Of a DNA stretch of 64,000 bases, positions 1 through 14,068 are shown piece after piece. Position numbers and translations under genes: made by a program. A model generated the notes under the pieces. It worked only from the letters and a program-made list of their open reading frames with translations, did not search any database and was not told where the DNA came from. This stretch comes from Spirogloea muscicola (Eukaryota), in contig WELB01000028.1 in the NCBI GenBank assembly GCA_009602725.1, positions 709,972 through 773,971 of the forward strand, read 5' to 3'. Every line of letters begins with the position of its first letter. The first letter of the stretch is position 1.

Positions 1-95
1 TGCTGCGTCCTCAAGCGCTAAGGAAAAAAATCAATATGCATAAGCGCAACATCATGCTCCTGGAGCACTTCCATGTCAGGAAGCTGCCAAACCTC

Positions 96-1709
96 TTAGC
101 CTGATGCAGCCAGCAGCTGCTGGATGTCCTGGTCATTACGTAAGCTGATGACCTGACTGCTTGCCTGATTTTCTCCAGCAGATATGCCCGCCAGAACCTG
201 GCCGATGCCACGGCCAATTTCGGTATTACGCTCTATGGCCATCATGATCCGAAATTCATTCACACGGACTGCCTTCTCCTTCATCTCCTCCCTCACGACA
301 ATGCTTAAGCCCCTGCAAGATACAGAATTGCAAGTGTAAGCCTCACTGTAGTCATCCTGTAACACCTGGCAAGTCATAGAGGCACATTTGCCAAACCTGC
401 TTCAGGGTTTTTTGTTATCAAGGCCAGTCAAGGTCTAAGCATACCACAGGGCGGCGGCACCAACAGTCGTGAACCCTGCTCCTGGCATGTAGGCCCCACC
501 GAGGCCGCCGGTGATGATTGTGTACGTGGAGCCAGCCTGGTTCTTAAGCTTTGGCAGGAAGGCGTTTGCAACGACATAGTGCGATATGCAGAGATCTGCG
601 ATGGCCTTTGCCAGATGGCTAGATGGCTTGTCTCCTATAACTGGTGCATTGTAGTACCCGCTACCCAAGCTCGTCACCAACTGCAACATGGCAAGACTGA
701 GATGGAGTCATGTCGTGCTTATGTCTGAACATTGGAGGGACTTGAAAGTAGCAGGGCAAGCAATAGGTGAGCTTGTTCGGGGCTTGCACAATGCAGCTCA
801 ACATGTAAGACAGAAAAGTCGAGGTCTTTGTCGCTGGGTATCCAACTCAGTCTCAGGTACAGTCCAGTCCAGTCACAGAGGTTGCCCAAGCCAGCCAGAT
901 GTGCAGATCGCATTTGAGGCACAGTTGTCAGTGTCTATCTGCACAGACATGGTTGTTGTCCTCACATGATTTAGCTGCCCTCCAAGCTTCTCCTCAATGT
1001 ACTGTGGAGAAGCAGCACAAATGCCTAGTCAGCGCGAGCATTTTAAATTTTCCAGCCAACAACTCTCAGGACACAGCTACAGAGCAGCTTTAAGGGGTCC
1101 GACCTTTGCAACGACTTGAGCTCCATCCTCCGTGCTGACGTCAGCATTGACGAGGTAGAGGTCCTGGGCGCCGCCGCACTCAGTACTGAGGGTGTTGAGC
1201 GCGTCGACGCGTCTGGAGGGGACGACGACTCTGCAGCCCATGTACCACCAGAATGATGAAGCTGGACATATAAGTACACAAGCGCCAGAGTGCTCTAAGG
1301 CCCAGAATGTTGCTGGAGGATCTGCAACGCGAAGGTTCTCACTTGGCGCCAGCGTTGAGGAAACCATGCACAATGCTTGATCCTACTGTGCCTGCGCCGC
1401 CGGCTACGAGCGCGACCTGTACGCGTCCAACTTTCATCCAAGGTGACCTTGGCTGGGGGACCTTGGCAGCGGGCTCAACACATTGACGCTGTGTTGAAGC
1501 CTCTCCGCCAGACACCTGAAGACCTTGACTGTGGGACTTCCCAGCCGGCATTCGAGCAGCCGCAGCTCAGCTAGGCGTCAGGTGGCGAGCAAAGTAAGGT
1601 CGAGAGACGACCGAACGTTGCCCACGAGTAGCCGATTAAGTGGGGGGCCGAGCGTTGACGAGGGGGCAGGTGAGCTCGCCTGGCCTTGCAGCCGCTGTGC
1701 TCCAGCCAT
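96..1709 (-). CDS. Atypical short-chain dehydrogenase/reductase, copy 1 (spliced, 6 exons)
   Basis: Spliced reading MAGAQRLQGQ|VALVAGGAGTVGSSIV...GAK|VVVPSR...|YIEEKLGGQLNH (36-nt exon 966-1001)|LVTSLG...YTIITGG...|GLSIVVREEMKEKAVRVNEF...stop. Rossmann GGxGxVG motif; intron 1 is GC-AG (1679-1417). Confidence 0.8.
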
Positions 1710-4700
1710 GGGAAGGCGGCGAGCAGTCACAAGCCAATGAAATGGGCTTGACGAGGCAGTGGAGCCGCACTGGGGGGCGCCCAGTGTGATACTGGCCGGC
1801 CCGGCGGCAATGGGACTAGTGGCCTGCCTACGGATGCTGTGCCCGGGCCGGCACCGCGTCAGCTGACGGAGGGGCGGGTGCGAGCCCAGGGCGGGGGCGG
1901 GTTGTCGTCACCGCCGGGCCCCGCTGACGCCAGCGGCTTTTGATCCCGCACGTGTCCTCGGCCGCGTGGGCCTCGGATCCAATATGTGCGCGGCGCGTGG
2001 CCGGCTCGGCCACGTGCTGCGGGGGGGGAGGGCCGGCTCGCAGTCTGGCGCCGCCCCGTTACTCCAGCTCAAACGGCAGCCCGACGAGGGCTTTCGCCGT
2101 TTGCTCGCCGCCCGTGCTGTACCCTGGGCCACCCCGCCCTTGGCGGCCCCGGCACTTCCCGGCCCTCCGTCCCCACCCCCTTGCCATCTCTCCGGCCACT
2201 GCTGCCCCGCTCCACTAGCCCACTCCTGGAATCGTCTTTCCCTCCTCTATCAGCAGCCGCTTTCTCTAGCGGAGGAGGGAAAGACGCTTTTCTTCCTCCC
2301 CTCAGCTCATCTGACTTCCTACCTGACACGGGGTTACTAAGAGCGCCCTGGCTGTCTAGCCTGTGGCTCCGTCATGAACACCTGTATGCATCTTGCTGGC
2401 TTTCACAGCCGCTCTTTTAATATCAGCAGCCGCTTGCCATCTAGCGGCTCCAGCAGCGGACGCAGGACGGATCGATAAGGGAGCCACTTGAGCATAAGAA
2501 ATGGCTCGCCCATAGAAAACGAGGGGATTGCAAAGCCAGCCCAGAAAAGGATGGACAATGTCCGCAGGCCACAAAGGCCACAGAACGGTGCCGTAAAAGA
2601 AAAACTACACACCAGGACACGCAATCATGCAGATGGATGCTCAGTATCCTCGAGTGAGCAACAGCAAAGGGCTTCGGTTCGATAGCATGGGGCTTCGATT
2701 CATGTAGCCCCATATCTGCTAAGTTTTGCCTGGAAAATGTCTCGGCTTGATTCTGGCCACCCTTTCATTCCACACGCACCGCACGCCTTCTACTTCATCG
2801 GCCAACGGGCGGGGTGATCTGCAACACACAATCGCCCCAGTCGAATGCAGGGCGAGCTGTACAAGGAGTACGATAGTTTCCTCCTGCAGACTCTCGCCTT
2901 CCTGTTACAACCCCCATCTTTCCCCTCACATTCATCCTCCCTGCAGGCATTCCTTTTCACGCCCATGGCCAGCCACGGCCGTCGTTGCGCTTTACGGCGC
3001 AGGCATCCTAAATGGGCTGCTGGCACCAGGCAGCCTCCCTGCTTCCCAGGCGCTCAGCCACCATTGTTTTTGAAAGAGCGTGCTCTCAGCCTCGGCCCTG
3101 CTTGGTGGGCCACCGGGCTGCTCCTCTCCCACTTCAAATTGTCGCTCGTCTTGCCGATCTCCTGCTTGTCATCCAGGGCTACCGCGCCCGCCTGGTATGG
3201 TGTGCATGGTGCCCCGGTTGGCCAGTCGCCAGCCGTTGCTTCCTTGCAGAGCCATTAGACGCGGGCTCCTGGAGCTGCTCGCTTTGCTGAAACGAAGCCT
3301 CCAGTCTCCTGCTGGTTCATTAATCCGAAATAGACACCTCTCATGGGCTGGCATGTTCCTGGAGCAGCGACTTCTCCATGTTGTCACACCTGTGGCGCTT
3401 GACTTACAGCCAACTGGTCTTGAAAATGAGTTGCTTCGCAAACTACTCGTCACGCTTTGGAGGCTCGCCCATCCGCTTCCACACAATTACAATTATCACT
3501 ATGCTGGCTGACTGCCGCTTTTCCTGCAGCCGTTCGAGTCTGATACCTTGCCGTCAGCTTCGTATTCTGCCCCTTTCTTTACCGCTGTCCATCTGCGGGC
3601 AATTTTTCATTCGCACTGATGCAAGGAGCTAAGCTGAGTGACTTGGGGCTCTGCCCTCCTCCAGCAAAGGCAGTCGCCCTCTGATTACCCAACCTTTCGA
3701 AAGCAACCAATGTCAGCCCCCCTTCCCCTCCTTTTGAATGGCCTTAGCATCTTTCAGGCAAAGCCATGTCTTCACAAGCGTCAATGTTACCCTGGATTGC
3801 CAGTACATTCAAGTGACAGGCCATGTTGCAACGGCCTAGGGGCGGCCTAGCTTCCACTCAATGCAGCACCTGAAGCACCTAAAGCGGACGTCGACAAACG
3901 AATGACCTGACCTGTCTGTCTTTGATGGCTGCACAGGACTGAAGGGTGGTGTTGGTCTCTCTCTATCATTGACGCCCTCTTCTCTTAACTACCATGGACT
4001 TGGTAAGGCATATATAGGCTAAGACCAACTGTAGCCGTTTAGCAATCCCCGCTTGGGCTGGCACCCATTAAGAACATCATTCACAATCATGATGCGAGAC
4101 CCTTGTGAGCTGAAGTCTTTAGCAAATGTCCTCTCAACATTCTCTTGAACCTCCTTTCAACCTCAAGCAAAGAATAAGCAGCGAAAACCGGCAGTCCAAG
4201 TCCAGGGCTGTGTAAAGGGCTGTATTTCTGATTCTAGCACGAAGGCCTCAACCTGACTTCATATTTAGACCAGCGCCAGATCTTGCAGCTTGCCACTCTA
4301 GCCATGCGACATTTAGTCCAGTTTCTTACGCCTATTATTTTATATTATTGTCTTGTCTTACGCAAGCACTGCCAAGCTGGTCATGTTTGCAGCACTTCTT
4401 GGGGATGTCCCTCAAAGCCATAATCTGTTCATATACAATGTAAATCTAGATGCTTGTAAGTCTGGACACGACACCAAACATATCCCATACTTCTTGCTTC
4501 CACCAACCTGCAGAAGGGAGAATAGATGAAAGAGAAGAACTGGGAGTAATCTCATCTACACTAGTCTGTATTTGTATATGCGAACAATAAGAAAGATCAA
4601 ACAGTGTATGTCACCTCCTATCTTTCTTTTCTGGAAATTTAGTCAACCCCACACACACCAAGCAATCCTTGAATACGTGTCATAGTATGACATTGTAAGA

Positions 4701-5126
4701 TTTTACACAGTGGATACCCTGTACTAGTACACGGGCATGTGTGATTGGTGTCAGTGTCATACAACCACTCCTGTCATCGGAATGCTGCAGCAGCTAAGGA
4801 GCCAACTGTTTAGTCCAATAACGGCATCCCAATGTCGGCAAGTAAGTGCTTGGACGGAAGCATTTCAATATGCGTTTTGTGAATACCAGCTATCGAACTG
4901 TCTTGAATCATAAGCGAAGCCTGAAGCTTTTGTTCTACTTGTAGAATTTACTTATGTGCTGTCTGTCTACATATAGGGCCGTCAAGATGAAAATATATAC
5001 ATGAGTCTCCTCATGCAATTATTGTTGGTCCCGGCTGCGTCCTTGCTTTCTATCAATTGAAAGAATATGCAGAAGCACAACAGTATGCTCCTGTAGCAAT
5101 TTCTTGTCACAGAGCTGCCGACGCTC

Positions 5127-6812
5127 TTAGCCTGATACATCCAGCAGCTGCTGGAGGTCCTGGTTACTACGTAAGTTAATGACCTGACTGCTTGCCTGAT
5201 TCGCTCCAGCAGATATGCCTGCCAGGACCTGGCCGATGTCACGGCTAATCTCGGTGTTACGCTCTACAGGGATCATGATCCGAAATTCATTGATACGGAC
5301 TGCCTTCTCCTTCATCTCCTCCCTCACGACAATGCTCAAGCCCCTGCAAGAAGAAGACTTGCAAGTGCACGCCTCACTACTGTCATCCTGTATCAACTGT
5401 CAACTCAGTAACAAGTTGCACAGTATAGTCAGACAGTTCAGTCACATAGAGATACAGCTGCCAAAGCTGCTTCATGGATTGTTTGTGATCAAGGCTGTCA
5501 AGGTTGGAAGAGCATACCACAGGGCGGCGGCTCCAATAGTTGTGAACCCGGCTCCAGGCATGTAGGCCCCACCGAGGCCGCCGGTGATGACTGTGTACGT
5601 GGAGCCAGCCTGGTTCTCAAGCTTTGGCAGGAAGGCATTGGCTACCACGTAGTGTGATATGCAGAGATCTGAGATAGCCTTTGCCAGATGGCTAGACGGC
5701 TTGTCTCCAATGACTGGTGTACCCCAGTACCCGCCACCCAAGCTCGTCACCAACTGCAACATGACTGAGATGGAATCATGTCGTGCTTATGTCTGGACAT
5801 TGAAAGCTGTTGGAAGTAACAGGCAAGCTGTAGGTAAGCTTGTTCAAGGCTTGCACAATGAAGCTGGGCATGTAGGACAGAGAAGTCAAGGTGTCTATCT
5901 CCAGCGATACAGTCTCGCTGGGTATCCAACTCGGTCTCAGGTATGGTCCAGTCACAGAAGTTGCCCAAAGCAGCCAGATGTGCAGATCCCCATCAAGGCA
6001 CAGTTGTCAATGTCATTTGCACAGACATGGTTGTTTGTCCTCACATGATTTAGCTGCCCTCCAAGCTTCTCCTCAATGTACTGTGGAGAAGCAGCCCAAA
6101 TGCTCAGTCAGCCGTGAGCATTCTATTCTGCCAGCCAACAACTCGCAGGACACAGCTACAGATCAGCTACAGTCGAGGAGTCCGACACAGCTACAGTTGC
6201 GGGGTCCGACCTTTGCAACGACTTGAGCTCCATCCTCCGTGCCGACGTCAGCATTGACGAGGTAGAGGTCTTGGGTGCCGCCGCAATCAGTACTGAGGGT
6301 GTTGAGCGCGTCGACGCTTCTGGAGGGGACGACAACCCTGCAGCCCATGAACCACCAAAAAGATGAAGCTGGAATTTTGAGTTAGCCAAGCGTGCGAGTG
6401 CCTTCAAGGGGCAGAAAGTTGCTGGAGGATCTGTCAACCAGGGGGTCCATTGAACTCACTTGGCGCCAGCTTTGAGGAAGCCATGCACAATGCCAGAGCC
6501 CACCGTGCCTGCGCCGCCGGCTACGAGCGCGACCTGCACATATCCAAGTCATCTTTCAAGGTGAACTTGGCTGGGGCAACTTGGCAGCGGGCTCAACACG
6601 GGTGAAAGCTTCTCCGCCAGTCACCAGAACACCTTGACGAAGGGACTTCCTAGCTGTAGCTGGCATTCGGGCAGCGGCAGCTCAGTTAGGCGTCAGGTGG
6701 CGAGCAAAGCCAAGCCGGGGACGACCAATCGTGCCCACGAGTAGCTGAAACAGTGGGGTTGACGGGGGGCAGGTGAGCTCGCCTGGCCTTGCAGCCGCTT
6801 GACTCCAGCCAT
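5127..6812 (-). CDS. Atypical short-chain dehydrogenase/reductase, copy 2 (tandem paralogue)
   Basis: Same exon series as copy 1 (MAGVKRLQGQ|VALVAGGAGTVGSGIV...), identical 36-nt micro-exon 6045-6080, GC-AG intron 1 (6782-6534). Introns and upstream DNA are still alignable to copy 1. Confidence 0.8.
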
Positions 6813-8310
6813 GGGAAGGCGGCGAGCAGTGACGAGCCGATGCCCAGAGAGGCAGTGGAGCCGCAGAGGCCGGCGGTGTTGACAATGGCGGCGGCGGCAA
6901 TGAGACTGGTTGCCTTCTCACGGATGCTACGGAGGAAGAGCAAAGTTTCGGGCCGCAGCTGCGTCAGCTGACGGAGGGCGCGGGTGCGAGCCCTGCGGCG
7001 GGTGGTCGTCACAGCCGGCCCCCGCTGACGCCAGCGGCCGTGGCCCCGCACGTGCTGGCGGCCGGCTGCTGTCTAGCCCAATCCATGGATGACGAGTGGT
7101 GGCCGGGGTCCTTGCCGCGTTGCGGCCGGCACGGGGAGACTGCGGGCAGTTGCTCCGGCCCAGCGCCGCCCCCGTCATTCTGCCCAAACGGCAGCCCTAC
7201 GGGGGCTCGCCGTTTGCTCGCCGCCTGCCAGCCGCCCGCTTCGGCCCTTCCTATTCTGCCATTTATCGTTCATCCTCTCTTCTTTTCTGGGCTGGCCCCT
7301 CCCATAGCCACCGCCGTCTTCTGGAAGCGTCTCTCGCTTGTATTGCTTCCCTCACAGCCATATTACCCTTGCAATGGCACAGCTGTTTTTCTTGTTGTTT
7401 CGTTCTGTTGTTCTTGCACCTCGCCCTCATGCTGTAGCAAGCTTTCCGGAACTGGTGGCGACTTCTCACTTCCTCACGTGGTGACACAGTTCGAGACATA
7501 TGCGCGCCGTGCACCTTCGCTCCGGCTGCAAGCTACTCCGACTTGGGGCTGCTGACTTGGGGTTGTCGAGCGCCCACTCATAGTAGTTTGCGTAATTGGC
7601 GTCGCTGTGAGTTTTAGCGTGTTCCCACGTCCGCGCCTGTGGCACTTGATCACTCCATTGTGGGCTGGCCTCCAACAGCCATCGCCTCTTTCGTGGGAGA
7701 TCGGGAAATGTTCCCACAGACTATCCATCTCGCAGCTTCTGCAACCCCGGGAACTGGGAATTGCCCCTTTACAACATGTCGAAGCCTCCACCACAAACCT
7801 TGAAGCATGCACGAACAGATGCTCGTCTACAGGAGCCGGTCTTTCCATGGGGCGCGGTACAGCACCAGACTGCACGATTTCCCCGCACACAGTGACCCTG
7901 CTTGCCCAGCTACAATCTGCGCCCTCTGCACCCCTTGGCCGCCGGCCATCTGCACCAAGGTCCACAGCATGTGACAAGAGCATATCTTGGCCATGTTTCT
8001 TGAGCTGTGAGTATGTATACAACGCCAGTCTGATTGATCTCTACCCCTGATGCAGTAGCGACCTTACACAAATGGGTACAAGTGGGTACAGATGAGTACA
8101 TGATGTCTTGCACAAGTGCATGCTTAATCAGGGATCTACGCTTAGGCACCTTAACTTATCCTGCAGTTGGTCTTAGCAACTGTTGTCGTCAGTTGTGTGG
8201 AATGACAAGCACACCTGGCCTGCTGCCTGCTACATTTCATGGTCTTGTGCCTATCAGATTGTGGAAGCTCAGCCTCCTCATTCATTGGCTGCCCTGTAGA
8301 AGTAGGGCTC

Positions 8311-11300
8311 CTAGAAGTGGAGCTCGGCACAAGGATCCTGAAGTGGAGCAAAGACCGCCTCCAGGTCCGCAGCTTCTACATCGTCTAGTGATGCAGGTTG
8401 CCACTTTGGTTTCTGCAGGGCTACCACAGCTGATGAGTTCCTGTATGTTGCACTTATCCATGTGCCATCGACATCTGACAGATTGATTACTAGAAGAAAG
8501 CTATGTCAGATTATCTTAAGGTATGTCTGCAATTTAATGCAGATACTTGGACCCCTGATACGTGTGAAGTCAGTCACTCTGTCGGGATACAGTCATTACA
8601 CCACAAATCTTACTTGGTCTTTGTCAATCAGAGCTGCACGGACACCCTCGACGAAGTCTGGCCGCGTGGAGATGCGAGTTGCTAGTCGATATTCCACTTG
8701 CATGACCTCCTCTATCTGTGAATTGTGAATATGGAACAATGCATTGAGCGAGCATAACAGCTGGCTCAAAGAACTGGCTCCCATGAAGGGTGTGGTTATC
8801 ATCTGTAATTGAGCAGCAAAGTTGCTGGCAAGCAAGAGGTGACTGTATGCTACAGAGTGTTGTACAATGCAGACTTCTACAGTAAGAACAATCGTGACAA
8901 ACCTGAGGAGGGGGGTTGCTTGAGGTACAAGCTGCAAGGTGCCGCTGTGTAGCTGCTAGGCTGAAGGGGGCTCCTTTTGCCAAGTCTTGCAGACATTGAT
9001 GAGCCCATGCAGCCTCTGCTTACAGACACCCATCTATAATCAGATGGGAATGACATGAGTTGCGGTGCTCATGTATATAATGCAAACAAATTGTATATAC
9101 CCGAGGTCAGACATCACAGCTCGTGGGAGTGTTTGGCCGCAGCCACATACCTTCCGGGTTGTTGGACCTTTCCAGAAGCTGTAGAGATCTAACGATGTCA
9201 GCCACTGTCTTATTATCTCCAAAGCAACGCTCAATCAAATCCAAACGTTGCTCAAGAGTAGACTTGTCCTCAGGGGTCTGCTGAAACCTCCTGATGATGG
9301 AGTGGACCTCCTCCACAGTTGACCTGCGTAAATTCCAGGTATAGACTGGATCAGAAACATACGAGGCGCCAAGATCAACATGCGGTCTGACAGCACATAT
9401 GCTTGTTGCATTGCATTCTGTGTGCTGCAGTGTACAACTTTGGTCTGCTGTAATACGTGGACAAGTGGAGGGCAGATGAATGTGTTAGACCATCGTGGCA
9501 GGCAATATTGTTACGCAACTTGAGGTGACTTACAGATCCTCTGTTTCCAGTGCATCCTGTAGGCTCTTCAGTTTTTCTGATGGGACATAGTGTGTAGCCA
9601 GGCCACTGTAAAGCGCATCTGCAGGGTTGCTCAATCTTGCTCCTGTTAGGGCCAGGTATGATCCTGCACCAAAGTCCAGGGCATGTTAAAGCTGAGCAAG
9701 TCCCTCCACTGCAAAGCACACTCTGAGCAACGACAACTCTGTGGTTGGCTCGAGCCAGACTCTCCCTGACCTTTGTGGGCAGGGCACTCTTGACATTAGC
9801 AGTGTACAACAGGAGCACTGGAGTCCAAGCTCGAGTCATAGAGGCCAAGCATTGAAATGCTTGCGGACATGGCCGCACGGCATTTTAGACGATATTGATG
9901 AGCGCTTCAGCACAAATTCAAGTCATTGAGGCCTACCAATGCCTGGCTTGCAAACAGTGGCTGCAAGGTATGCATAACCCACATCAGGAAACAGACCAAT
10001 GCTGTTCTCGGGCATAGCCAAAATTGTCCTCTGCACACAATGTCCAACACGAATCAAAAATTGCTGAGGCTTTCGAGAGCTGTTCTGGCAGTTAATAGGT
10101 GGTACTTTTTTGCTGAGTAACGATGACTGGGTCGCCTGACAAAGAGCTGCTTCTTCTAGGTGAGAAATCTCAGAGTTGCTTTGATGAGTATACCTCAGTG
10201 ACAATCCTGACATGACCATGGCAAGCAATACCAAGGCCAAAGCCCATTGTAACACCATCCATGAAGCTTACATACGGCTTCCTGCACCTTGCAATGGCGC
10301 AAATCAAGGTGTACTCTGCAGTGAAGACCTGACAGCAACAAAGATGCACACGGGTCTGTTGTGATCCAACTATATTGCGATCACCTCTGCTACACATCAT
10401 GTGCCATTGCAGCCTCACAAGTGTCCCAAGACCTTGTTCCCCGCTACTGCAAAAGACTGTGTGCTGCTCAAGCATGCATCAGTTACAGCTGCCACAATTG
10501 ACTTGCCCAAGCTACTCCTTTTTCTAACTCTCATATAATTTCATTGCCACTCGTTACACGGATCTGCTGTCATGCTACTACCACCAGCTTCTGATTCTGT
10601 CCCAAGACCCACAACCTTGCAAGCCAGTGCTGACATTGTCATCTGCTCGCACCCTGATGTTGTCATCCATTTGACGTCCCCTCCTGCACGACGTACTCTA
10701 CATGATGTACTCAAATTTCACAACCATTGCTGCAGCCCGTCCCAAAGCTGTGGAGCTATGGTAACCCTTGAAGTAGCAACATACTCTTGCTTGCAATGCG
10801 AAAACCACTTAGAGGGACTTCCTGAGCCCTGGACGACCAATTTCATAGCATCTCCTACTTCAGCCAACAATAACCTGCTGCACAAGTTCGGTGGTTGGTT
10901 CCTGCCGAATAGCAGCTGTGCACCACTTGACATCCATACCTGCACATCTTGAGAACAAGAAATCATTGATGGGAGCCGCACTCCGAAGTTCTCACAAATT
11001 GCCTGCCAATCCTGTGGCGCAGTGCTGCTCTGACTTGCTAATTCTGTCAACCTGAGGAGAAGGCCCGTGACGTGCTGCTCTTTATCAGGATCACTTTAAC
11101 GCTGCTCGTAGATTGCCAGTCGTCTAATATCCTCTTGAAGTTGACATCCATATCTGGTAGCGACAAACATCAGAAGATATTGTCAGCAGACTCTTGTCAA
11201 GGGTGACGTTCAATTCGCCTGAGAAGTGTAAGTAGCACGTAAGGCATGACATACTTGTCAATGTACGTGCACCTTCAAAAACTTCTCACCCAAATTCATG

Positions 11301-11605
11301 GCATTCAGGGCCTTTGGCCTGTTGAGCGTGATGACGCCAAGGCCATTCGACGAGACTTCAGAGCTAACGAGCGGCGCCTCTGTTGAGTCTGCCATTGCTG
11401 CTGCACGCGATAGAGCCACAGGCGCCCTGCTCCCCCGGCCTCTCGAGCTTCTCAGCAGGCGTGATCCTCCACCAATGATGCAAGCTCGCGTGCTGGCGCA
11501 GCGGCTGTGCAGCCAGCTCGCCAGGCGGAGGCGGCAGCCGAGGCTATCGCGATCGGGCGCTACGCAATGGCNCCATGGTGGTGCCCAAGTGGTGGCGGCG
11601 TACAA
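8311..11605 (-). CDS. 3-hydroxyisobutyryl-CoA hydrolase-like (crotonase superfamily), multi-exon
   Basis: Exons encode [59 protein letters not shown] and [12 protein letters not shown]...stop at 8311. Start uncertain (11394 or 11605). Confidence 0.88.
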
Positions 11606-11873
11606 GGGGGCTTAGTGGTTGTGGGCCACGGCAGCGGGCCTCAGAGTAGTAACGGCAGCAAAGCGGCCGCCGCGGCGGCGGCGGTGGCGGCGGCGGCGGC
11701 GGCGGCGCCACAGTCTCGAGGCGAGCTTGTAAAGCGGATCTTCATGGGCCTCGCTACGGAGTCGCTTCCGCGTGGCTTTCGGGCACAACCTTCGTCACTC
11801 CCGCCTCCAGCCGGCCACTGGGGGCAAGGGCTGGCTTGTCTTGACGGAGGGGCCAAATGACGGAGGAGCCTAA

Positions 11874-12263
11874 GGGCCGGGTTCCACCGGGTCGGTCGGC
11901 CGCGCCGAGGGGTACGTGTCGCGCATAGTATGGGATGACCGGCGATTACTCTGGCGAGGGCCCGGTCGTGGTCGCACGCCACGAAGGCGCCACATCGGAC
12001 GCTGACCAGGACTCCTTTTGGGCGCGTCAAAGGGAGAAACGCGCGCATTTGCCACGCTGGCGGTCGGAGTCCAGACCACCTCCCGACCCCCCCCCCCCGG
12101 GCCCGCCCGAAAAGGGACAGCTGGCACCAAGCCCTCCAAATACACGAAAATTTCAAATACGCATCCGCACGTGCAGGACGGCAGGGGCTTCCGTGGCAGC
12201 GACACCCCCTTGACCTGGCGGTCAGAACTGGTTTTGGCCGACCGACCCGGTGTATCCCTGCCC
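11874..12263. mobile_element. Tourist/PIF-Harbinger-like MITE (390 bp)
   Basis: 28-bp terminal inverted repeats (GGGCCGGGTTCCACCGGGTCGGTCGGCC, 3 mismatches) flanked on both sides by TAA (11871-11873, 12264-12266); no transposase coding. Confidence 0.75.
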
Positions 12264-12299
12264 TAAAACGCGCCATGTCAGAACGGGTGTAGGATGGAC

Positions 12300-12800
12300 C
12301 ACTCGGTGGCTACGAGTGAGGAGCTCTAACCTGACAGACTAGCAGCCGGAAAGCAATCCCCCTGACGACAGCCAGAGGCTGCAGCGAGAGCACGGCCAGC
12401 ACGCGGATGCAAGGCGTGGGCCACGGACTGCCGGAGGGAGACTGCCAAACTCATGCGATGAACCTGGGCCCACGAGCCAGCGGCGTTGAAGTCAGCCGGC
12501 TCACATCGCCTCCGGGACACAGCGCGTCGCGCAAGCCTGGCTGGCAGGTCGAGCCATTGGGACCCAAGAGCCCCGTGCACATCCACGGCCAGGGGTACGA
12601 GCGAGTCTCCAGCCGGGCGGTCAGCGTCTTTGGCAGCCTTGCTGCGCGGCCTTCGCCGCAGCATGGTCAGTCCGCGAGGCAGAGAGCTCCGGATTGGATC
12701 GGTCCACCACATCGGTGGTGACCACGTCTGTTATGATGCGCGCGCCGCCTCCCGGCGTCGAGGCCACCAAGTCGACCCGGCGCGTGTGTAGTACCACTGG
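12300..12800 (-). mobile_element. CRE-like retrotransposon 3' fragment (RLE C-terminus)
   Basis: Encodes KAAKDADRPAGDSLVPLAVDVHGALG...AHALHPRAGRALAA...GDCFPAASLS, matching the tail of the element at 33205-33285 and other RLE fragments. Confidence 0.65.
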
Positions 12801-14068
12801 CTTTCGTGGCGGGGCTCCGGCTCCACAGCTCTTATGATGGGCCAGTCCGTGAAAGAAAATGAATAAAGTTCGTAAGGGGCCAGAAAAGCGCTAAAGAACA
12901 AAGCGATTCAAGTGGCCACTGAGTCAACAGCTCTTTGAATTACGGCCATGGCTGTGAGAGGCCAGCCCAAGGACAAGGTCCGATTTCAGGGCCAGGTTAG
13001 ACTGTCGGACCTGTGCGCGCTCACTCGTGGTACTGAAGCCCCCCTTTTACTGAAGTCCCTCAATCAGCCTGCTTTCGCACTGCCAGCTTAGCCCCCGTTA
13101 GCATAGGGCTTCGCTTTGTGTAGACCCAATCTCTTGCACTAGCTTATAGTGAACAGTGTATTGACTTGATTTGGCCTCTCTCAGAGCCCGCGCGCCTTCT
13201 CTCAGCTTGGCCTAGAAAATGCAGGGAACGTAAATGATGCTTGAGAGAATTCATCTTCACAAGGGGGTGATGGCTGTGTAAGGCCAGCCTAGGCATTTGG
13301 TGCCTGGCATGCCTTTACCAGGTTGGAAGCACTGACGTCAACTTGCTCAATGAGGCTGAGCTTTGCTGCATACTCCGCTGTCTCACCCTTATGCTCCTTT
13401 AATACGGCGTCCTTCTATTGTTGGATTTAGAGGCTCAGTCACCTCTACTTATAGGAATTGCAGCTGCTACTCTTACCACCGACTTTGCTAGCTTGTCTCA
13501 AAGGAAACCTCCACATGCGCCCCAGTTGGAGCAAGGTGGTATTAGCAGTAGATTAAGTCACTACGTACTTCCTTTGCCAGAGGAGGCAATACACTCGCAC
13601 TTACTGTGTCCCCCTTAAGCAGCAGTGACACATCGCCTATTGTGGAACTTCTAACAGTGTCTAATGCCCTGACGTACGGGGATGGCATTTTCTGTGTAAG
13701 CAAGTTCAGCGGCCCAAGCAAATGCAACCTGCACCTTTCCCAGCCCAGAGTTTTGAAGCACGTGACAACTGTTGAACAGGCCAGCCACAGCACCACTGCT
13801 CTCCACTGCGGAAAAACTTGACTGCATCAGCGTGTCGAGCACACAACATTGGTGGCACGTGCAGATGAGCACTATATATTGACAGTCAGCAGTACACATG
13901 TACATAAGTCACCATCCTTTGGTAGCTAAGGCCATCACCTACTTGCGGGAACAGCCTCCTACTTGGTAACATGAATGCACTCACACAACCCTTGATATCT
14001 TCAGGCTACCTTCGTCAATCAGTCAGGCCATGAGCCATAAGCTATGAGACAGGCCACTATTTAGCCAT

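Noticed and set aside
2790..3640. Possible coding region between the SDR copies
   Set aside because: Several short ORFs but no recognisable domain or consistent splice model.
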